Source: a virus
Virus record (IMG/VR): IMGVR_UViG_3300045988_100580
Location: 17,594-81,593 of that record
Length of the DNA: 64,000 bases
Strand: one strand, 5' to 3'
Both the position numbers and the translations under genes were made by a program. Position 1 is the stretch's first letter. Every line of letters starts with the position of its first letter. Under the pieces are notes generated by a model, which saw nothing but the letters and a program-made list of their open reading frames with translations, was not told where the DNA came from and did not search any database. Shown piece after piece: positions 58,540 through 64,000 of this stretch.

Positions 58540-58950
58540 CTACTTAACCTCAACTAATTCTACAGAGCTGTAGAATTTAGTGAAGCTACCAACAAATTCT
58601 CTTATATTTTTATATTCTTCTGGTCGTTTTCTGTTACCGTCTTTTATACAATTCACCCACAGTCTATCCTCTATGTTCTTAATCGCATTCTCTATCGTAA
58701 ATTCGTCGCTGACGCTCATTAAACACGAAGACCCGGTTTTCTTATGTGGTTTATATATCCTTGAAAAAGACCACATTTTTATTCTATCATATATATATCC
58801 GTTGTTGGGATAAACGAATCCTATCCGGCTGTCACCTTCTTTAGCGTAAAACACACCTGGCTCCTTCCCGCCCTTTCTATATACTACAAATCCTTTTTCT
58901 TTTAGGATATTAACCACTTTATCTAATTTATTTTCTACGTTCATTTTCAT
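58540..58950 (-). CDS. Hypothetical protein, 136 aa
   Basis: ORF track. Confidence 0.5.
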   Translation of the reverse strand: MKMNVENKLDKVVNILKEKGFVVYRKGGKEPGVFYAKEGDSRIGFVYPNNGYIYDRIKMWSFSRIYKPHKKTGSSCLMSVSDEFTIENAIKNIEDRLWVNCIKDGNRKRPEEYKNIREFVGSFTKFYSSVELVEVK

Positions 58951-59401
58951 GCAAAAATTTAAAAACGACCCTCATTATAGTTGCGAAGTTCTCTACCTTA
59001 ACCCACTCATGAGCTACTGCTCTAAGTACAGACGTTTCATATGTTGGGACATTGTCTTCTTTAACCACCTTACAAGAAGCCAGAACTCCTTCAGTCGGCT
59101 TTGGTCCTCGGTCATGCAGCTCGCAGAGACCGTCCGGCTGGCGGAATGCGCACCACCCGTCTTTCACTGTTGGCTGGATCATCGCTATTGGTTTTTCTTT
59201 CACTGCAAGATACCCTACCATCCACATTGTTTCTTTTAGCCTGTCAGCGTATCCGGCATCTATGATAGCTTCTATGTCTTTTGGCGTACCAATACAAGGA
59301 ACCTCACACATGTTCTTGCATTTATCACATGTACAAGGCTGCTCCCATCTATTATGATCTATGCCAACCAACTTCTTTATCCGTTCTACTTCCTCTTTCA
59401 T
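58928..59401 (-). CDS. Cys-rich hypothetical protein, 157 aa (CTCDKCKNMCEVPC…)
   Basis: ORF track; putative metal-binding. Confidence 0.5.
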   Translation of the reverse strand: MKEEVERIKKLVGIDHNRWEQPCTCDKCKNMCEVPCIGTPKDIEAIIDAGYADRLKETMWMVGYLAVKEKPIAMIQPTVKDGWCAFRQPDGLCELHDRGPKPTEGVLASCKVVKEDNVPTYETSVLRAVAHEWVKVENFATIMRVVFKFLHENERRK

Positions 59402-59402
59402 A

Positions 59403-59687
59403 TTATACTGTCTCTGTTAGTTTTTCGTAATACAACTTCATTTCCGGTGAAGCGTATTCCATGAATGCTTCGAATAAGTGTGGTACCTCTATTATCATAT
59501 TCACATTACAACCTTCTGTCTGTGAAAGCGATTCAAGATCATTACTGTACAGGCACGTAACATAGGCACCTATATTAAATACATGCAAATCTATCCTTAC
59601 GTATTCTATACATGAAGACAATGCATTAAACAAATTCTTTACTTCATTCTTGTCAAAAAGTTCTACAAATTCTCTCAACCCCATCAT
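59403..59687 (-). CDS. Hypothetical protein, 94 aa
   Basis: ORF track. Confidence 0.45.
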   Translation of the reverse strand: MMGLREFVELFDKNEVKNLFNALSSCIEYVRIDLHVFNIGAYVTCLYSNDLESLSQTEGCNVNMIIEVPHLFEAFMEYASPEMKLYYEKLTETV

Positions 59688-60067
59688 TTTACCACCCTTT
59701 CTATGTGTTTAATTAATACTACTGCTATTCCCTTACCGGTTTTTATCGCACATTCCGACCCTTTTATCCATTCTACACACCCTACATACTTTTCCGTAGC
59801 ATGAAATCCGGGATTGTATTTTCCAGATGTACTGAACTCTACCGTATCCCCTACCCTCAGATCATCAAAAGCAATAGACCATGTGGTCCAAATTCTGTCA
59901 TGTCTCCCAGGCTGAATGGCCCCGATTACGCCTTTTTTACGACCGTTTTTTATTGCCCTTAGTATTATCTTCCTATCACCTTCGATAAGGCTGCAAAAGC
60001 GCCCGTAAAAGGTCAAATCAACCTGTTTTCCTCCTATTTCTTCTCTTATTTTTGTTATTCTGTTCAT
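59684..60067 (-). CDS. Hypothetical protein, 127 aa
   Basis: ORF track. Confidence 0.45.
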   Translation of the reverse strand: MNRITKIREEIGGKQVDLTFYGRFCSLIEGDRKIILRAIKNGRKKGVIGAIQPGRHDRIWTTWSIAFDDLRVGDTVEFSTSGKYNPGFHATEKYVGCVEWIKGSECAIKTGKGIAVVLIKHIERVVK

Positions 60068-60311
60068 TTTCTGATTTTGTTTTATTTTTTTTCTTGTTTT
60101 TTCTATCTTCTATAGAAGATGATAATAACATTATCTTTTCTATGTTACTTTTTGACTGTAAAAAAGAATCGCATTTCATTACTACTACCACCTTCTTAAG
60201 TTTCCCATTATCGTATAGCGATACACGCATCATGTTTTGCACCTCGTCCACTATCAGACCTGGAATAGTCTTAGCCATTTTGCGTAGCTTATTATACTCC
60301 GGTCTTTCCAT
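60018..60311 (-). CDS. Hypothetical protein with a K/R/N-rich tail, 97 aa
   Basis: ORF track. Confidence 0.4.
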   Translation of the reverse strand: MERPEYNKLRKMAKTIPGLIVDEVQNMMRVSLYDNGKLKKVVVVMKCDSFLQSKSNIEKIMLLSSSIEDRKNKKKNKTKSENEQNNKNKRRNRRKTG

Positions 60312-60576
60312 TTCCTCTGTTTATTACTCTATAGTATTTATCCTTATCCCCTTCTTTCAACTTCTCCAGATAGAAAATTCCATCATGTAAATGAGACAAA
60401 CAAAACCTGTATCCGTATTTCTGTACTCTTCTTACATGATCCCGCAGTCTTATCTCTTCACTTTTGTCTTGTACTTTGATTTTAATACTGTCTCCTTCTT
60501 TGATTGTGTATAAAATAGTTTGAATCTCTTCTTTTTTCATCTTATAAAATATTTTAACGGCAGCACCTATACTCAC
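60292..60576 (-). CDS. Hypothetical protein, 94 aa
   Basis: ORF track. Confidence 0.45.
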   Translation of the reverse strand: MSIGAAVKIFYKMKKEEIQTILYTIKEGDSIKIKVQDKSEEIRLRDHVRRVQKYGYRFCLSHLHDGIFYLEKLKEGDKDKYYRVINRGNGKTGV

Positions 60577-60603
60577 GCACCACTACTGCCTTATGTTTAA
60601 CAA

Positions 60604-61413
60604 TTAAATACTTAACTCTTCAATGGTCAAGCCTTTTTCTTTTGCCCACTTTAGCATCGCGCATAATTCTGTTTCTGACTTATATTTCGGATCACGCCAC
60701 GCCCATCCGAATTTATCCAGGACATGATGATATAATTCGTCGGCCTTTGCCGTGTAAATGTCTTTGAATAAATGCTCCGAACCTTCCGGTATAAGCATCT
60801 CTGTTGTTGCAAAATCGGAATACGATAAACATCCGTAAGCATATTCTGTTATTTCACTCCATGCTTCTCCGGCTTTAAATCCAAATTCTTTTACAAAAGC
60901 CAAAGTTAGATACATATTTAATAATATTGTTACATCATATCCGGAATCCGACTTTCTTTCTATTATTTCCTTTTCAAATTCCTTTAAATCTTCAGGTCCT
61001 AAAAAGATGTATCCTGATACCGACCGGTAATTAGTCTCCGCATACTTCTTGCATTTATCATCATTGACAATCTTACTAATGTTAGATAACATCTTTTGCC
61101 TCCATTCATCACAAAACTCTACCTCTACGTTCATCCAATCAGTACCATAATTATATTCTTTCGGATATCCGACCGATGTTACCTTTATACTATTCACGCC
61201 ATATCCGTAAAGGCGTTCGCCCACCTTATTCGCCCATTCCTGTACAAAAGAAATAAACTTATTGCAATAAGAATCAAAATCAAAATCTAATTCCTCCTCA
61301 TATTCCGGCATCTCTTCATAATCTTGTTCAAAGAAACATCGAGGATCTGCTATTGTTTCATAGAAACTTACGTTAATGAAACAAAACTCGTTGGTTGTCG
61401 TTTTTAATATCAT
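60604..61413 (-). CDS. Hypothetical acidic protein, 269 aa
   Basis: ORF track. ArdA-like anti-restriction was considered, with no support. Confidence 0.5.
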   Translation of the reverse strand: MILKTTTNEFCFINVSFYETIADPRCFFEQDYEEMPEYEEELDFDFDSYCNKFISFVQEWANKVGERLYGYGVNSIKVTSVGYPKEYNYGTDWMNVEVEFCDEWRQKMLSNISKIVNDDKCKKYAETNYRSVSGYIFLGPEDLKEFEKEIIERKSDSGYDVTILLNMYLTLAFVKEFGFKAGEAWSEITEYAYGCLSYSDFATTEMLIPEGSEHLFKDIYTAKADELYHHVLDKFGWAWRDPKYKSETELCAMLKWAKEKGLTIEELSI

Positions 61414-61664
61414 AGCTTTTTGTATTTACGTACATTTTTCTTGCCATAGAATCTACACATGGCACGAATCTGACTATAAAATACTTTTGTCCTCCTGGCC
61501 TCAAAGTATTTAAACATTTCTTCATTCTTTGTTTCCCACACGTAATCCGTTTGAGAACTCATGTGATTTTTGTCCTTGCGTGAATAATGGTAATATGATA
61601 CCACAACACGTTTCGCACCATTCTTTACAGGTACGATATTCACATCTATGTTATTATCTGTCAT
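61410..61664 (-). CDS. Hypothetical protein, 84 aa
   Basis: ORF track. Confidence 0.4.
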   Translation of the reverse strand: MTDNNIDVNIVPVKNGAKRVVVSYYHYSRKDKNHMSSQTDYVWETKNEEMFKYFEARRTKVFYSQIRAMCRFYGKKNVRKYKKL

Positions 61665-61710
61665 ATTATTATCGTTTTATATATTATACAAATACAAAGA
61701 GCGCATACCT

Positions 61711-62016
61711 TCACAGGCCGGCGCTCTTTTCAATAAAAATGAAAAAACTAACATTACATAAACATATTGTTTTCTGCTCTTTATTACAATACTTTGTCCC
61801 ACAATTGTTATATCGTCCGTACTCTTTTTTCGTATCATTCAAGATTTCAAACACCATCTTCTTATGATCTTTGTTTGGTAACTTGTCTTTAACAGCCGAT
61901 ATCACGCTCGCTATAGACGTAAAGCCTGAATCTGTTATTGAACACAACAACAAACCTCTGTCGTCGTCTGTGCTTATCGCTGACGCCTTTATAATATCAT
62001 TCCTATATATTCTCAT
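61711..62016 (-). CDS. Hypothetical protein, 101 aa
   Basis: ORF track. Confidence 0.4.
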   Translation of the reverse strand: MRIYRNDIIKASAISTDDDRGLLLCSITDSGFTSIASVISAVKDKLPNKDHKKMVFEILNDTKKEYGRYNNCGTKYCNKEQKTICLCNVSFFIFIEKSAGL

Positions 62017-62194
62017 AATCTTTCGTTTTATTGTCTACAAACTTATCTATATCGTCTCTTATTCTTTTTAGCACTCCGGCTATAATTTCCGGCATCTCTC
62101 CTTCGGTACGGTTCAGAGTTTCTATCACCCCATCAATCCTACCAATTTGACGCCATAAGAAATTGGCGTCTTTCGCATTAAATTCCCTCATCAT
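62003..62194 (-). CDS. Hypothetical protein, 63 aa
   Basis: ORF track. Confidence 0.35.
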   Translation of the reverse strand: MMREFNAKDANFLWRQIGRIDGVIETLNRTEGEMPEIIAGVLKRIRDDIDKFVDNKTKDYENI

Positions 62195-62426
62195 GTCTTA
62201 TTTTACAGTAAACAACTTGCTTTTTTAAGCACCAGTCTTGCGATTCTGAGAGTGAACACCGTTCGGAGTTGTTAAAAAATATACAATCTTTGCAGAACAT
62301 AAGAGGATCTTCGTCGTCACCAACTACTTTGACATCATACTCTATACCATACAATTTTAATCTAAATACATCTCCTGTTTTTTTAGAAGACAAATCCATG
62401 TTCGGACCGAATGTTATTACTTCCAT
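62178..62426 (-). CDS. Hypothetical Cys-containing protein, 82 aa
   Basis: ORF track. Immediately downstream (in the minus sense) of tRNA-T-arm-like element 1. Confidence 0.45.
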   Translation of the reverse strand: MEVITFGPNMDLSSKKTGDVFRLKLYGIEYDVKVVGDDEDPLMFCKDCIFFNNSERCSLSESQDWCLKKQVVYCKIRHDEGI

Positions 62427-62446
62427 ATAATTATGTTTTATTGTTT

Positions 62447-62520
62447 GTGAGATGCCCAGAATCGAACCAGGACCGGCACATACATACCGGCACGCCGCGC
62501 CATCTCTCTATGATACACAA
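62447..62520 (-). ncRNA. tRNA-like fragment or structured leader element 1: minus-sense …CCTGG-TTCGATT-CTGGG-CATCTCACAA…
   Basis: T-arm-like hairpin with a GGTTCGATTC loop motif plus a 7-nt acceptor-like tail. I could not fold a full cloverleaf; the sequence is about 12 nt too short and no anticodon arm was found. Confidence 0.3.
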
Positions 62521-62599
62521 ATAGACATGCCTATTCTCACGAACCGACATGCCAAAACCCAAAACTTAATTTGATGAATAAAATAGATTAACAAAAATA

Positions 62600-62914
62600 C
62601 TATTCTAATTCTTTTATAATATCTTTCACAATATTCAGCCTTACCTCCTTCGTTTCTGGACTAAGACAACCAAACCACCCATAAAACGTTCTTGTTTCCT
62701 CTGGTTCTGTGGCCATACTTATCTTCTCTTCCAATTCCGGGAAATATATTCTTACCATTTCGTCTGAACTAAACTCATAGATATTTTTATGTGTTTTGAA
62801 ATACATAAACACTACATTTCTTAACGCAACACATATATATTCCCCATCCTCTAACCTATCAATCATCTTATATACCTTTTCCCATATGAATAATCGCTCT
62901 TCTTTTGTAAACAT
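62600..62914 (-). CDS. Hypothetical protein, 104 aa
   Basis: ORF track. Confidence 0.45.
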   Translation of the reverse strand: MFTKEERLFIWEKVYKMIDRLEDGEYICVALRNVVFMYFKTHKNIYEFSSDEMVRIYFPELEEKISMATEPEETRTFYGWFGCLSPETKEVRLNIVKDIIKELE

Positions 62915-62922
62915 ATCCTTCT

Positions 62923-63270
62923 TTATTTTTGTGGTATTATTTGACTGTATGCAGACTTTTCCATGTACACAACACTATGCTCCTGTCCAAGTATTTTCTT
63001 TGCTGCCTCTTTCTTTATCGCACAATATCTCCCTGTACGATACGGATTCTTTTGATCTGATCCATCCTCGACTTCGATAATAAAACAGCCTCCGTCATCT
63101 ATTATCTTTTTGCAATTGTCACATACTCCTCCCGTGCATATATGATGCGGCGCCTGACCTTTGATGTTATTCCCTAATAAAGCAATCCCCATCTCTTCTC
63201 CACATATCATGCAGACTTCTATAGACGGATTCAATCCGTGTTCTGGATGTAATGTAATACTGTCTTTCAT
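62923..63270 (-). CDS. Cys-rich (zinc-finger-like) protein, 115 aa
   Basis: CxxC pairs (CMICGEE, CTGGVCDNC). AAAGGAGG SD upstream. Confidence 0.5.
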   Translation of the reverse strand: MKDSITLHPEHGLNPSIEVCMICGEEMGIALLGNNIKGQAPHHICTGGVCDNCKKIIDDGGCFIIEVEDGSDQKNPYRTGRYCAIKKEAAKKILGQEHSVVYMEKSAYSQIIPQK

Positions 63271-63296
63271 TTTCTTTCCTCCTTTGTTTTTAATAT

Positions 63297-63381
63297 TGTG
63301 TGAGATCGCCGGAATCGAACCGACCTACCGCACCATGAATCCCATAAAGCAAATGCTCCGATCTTCGCAGACGGGAGCATT
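63297..63381 (-). ncRNA. tRNA-like fragment or structured leader element 2: minus-sense hairpin ATGCTCC-(14 nt)-GGAGCAT, then GTCGG-TTCGATT-CCGGC-GATCTCACACAA, directly upstream of the SD of gene 62923..63270
   Basis: Same GGTTCGATTC…ATCTCACA motif as element 1 with a covarying stem. No cloverleaf could be folded. Confidence 0.3.
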
Positions 63382-63424
63382 CTGTCTAAAGCATAAGAAA
63401 ATTAATGAAGAAAATCTTCCTCAC

Positions 63425-63505
63425 TTACGCCATAGCATCTAAAATAGCTATCAGCACTATTTCTATGACAAACATAATAGAAAATATCTTAAATGCCTTT
63501 TTCAT
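63425..63505 (-). CDS. 26-aa hydrophobic micro-peptide MKKAFKIFSIMFVIEIVLIAILDAMA with a strong SD (GGAGGAG)
   Basis: Base-by-base hand translation. SD CTCCTCC at forward 63514-63520. Single predicted TM helix. Confidence 0.4.
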   Translation of the reverse strand: MKKAFKIFSIMFVIEIVLIAILDAMA

Positions 63506-63611
63506 ATCGCTATCTCCTCCTTTTTATTTTTTTAGTTCCACAATAAACTGTTCCGGCTCTGCCCCGACCTACGTTCCACCTACAACCGCAGGCCTTAGCC
63601 CAAGGCGCCGC

Positions 63612-63872
63612 CTATTCCCCCTCTATGGCAGCCTGTTCGTACCTACAAAGCCAATCTCCTTCCATACAACTATTACTACGCGATAACAAACATTTATCCT
63701 TATAATAATCATAAAAAATACTCCTCTCACAACTGTAATCCCTAATTTCTATACAGCTAACTACCTTAGCATATACTATACCATCACTACCTTCTATTCC
63801 TCTTACCCCAAAAATAGAACCTTCTCCCTCCTTACTCAAATCTAAGTCAGGCGCAAAGTCATATACGTTCAT
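63612..63872 (-). CDS. Hypothetical protein, 86 aa
   Basis: ORF track. Confidence 0.45.
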   Translation of the reverse strand: MNVYDFAPDLDLSKEGEGSIFGVRGIEGSDGIVYAKVVSCIEIRDYSCERSIFYDYYKDKCLLSRSNSCMEGDWLCRYEQAAIEGE

Positions 63873-64000
63873 GTTGTTTATGTTTTAATTGTTATACATT
63901 CCGATTGAAAAAAAATACTCACATAATGCAGTCCTTAACTCTTACCTACAGAATACCGTTTTAAAAACGCTGATCTGTTGAATTTTGTTGAAAGAGAGTT

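Noticed and set aside
60604-61413. ArdA-like anti-restriction protein call for the acidic 269-aa protein
   Set aside because: Only the acidic composition is suggestive, with no specific motif.
62447-62520. Canonical tRNA genes at the two GGTTCGATTC loci
   Set aside because: A T-arm and an acceptor-like tail are present, but the region is about 12 nt too short and I found no anticodon arm or D-arm. Kept only as tRNA-like elements pending tRNAscan or Infernal.
1-64000. CRISPR arrays, rRNA genes, diversity-generating retroelement, capsid/portal/terminase genes
   Set aside because: No spaced direct-repeat arrays, rRNA-like sequence or reverse-transcriptase motifs were seen, and no head-gene motifs. 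The structural head module presumably lies outside this window.

Overview
This 64-kb window reads as a segment of a large dsDNA phage of a Bacteroidota host. Three TAnnTTTG -7 promoter boxes sit just upstream of plus-strand gene starts, and the layout is crAss-like; both points are inference. The rightward block (1-30.6 kb) carries giant ORFs of 951, 1019, 2213, 752 and 2140 aa, interleaved with small genes, several of them low-complexity. It converges on a leftward block (30.7-63.9 kb) at a 16-bp perfect inverted repeat near 30.65 kb. The leftward block holds about 65 short replication and accessory genes: an SF2 helicase, a DnaB-family helicase, a zinc-finger/TOPRIM primase, two PD-(D/E)XK nucleases (one Cas4-like with a 4-Cys cluster), a dATP/dGTP pyrophosphohydrolase-like protein, a KilA-N protein, a flotillin/NfeD pair preceded by an acyl-carrier-protein gene interrupted by an in-frame TAA, a small ABC-type ATPase, a Pol-beta-type nucleotidyltransferase-like protein, and DUF1566/DUF551/DUF3268/DUF4494-like proteins. 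I found no rRNA, CRISPR array, integrase or capsid/terminase gene, and no canonical tRNA. Items worth a second look are: three hairpins with an identical 11-nt loop and covarying stems at 352-525; a G9 homopolymer that frameshifts a gene (29904-30643); a shared MRRRF N-terminus on three small genes that follow giant genes; two in-frame stop codons splitting otherwise coherent genes (TAA in the ACP, TGA after an RGG-rich ORF); a duplicated tRNA-T-arm-like element directly upstream of two minus-strand genes; and a 420-bp noncoding island with a perfect 14-bp palindrome. Protein family calls come from motif recognition by eye, with no database search run.
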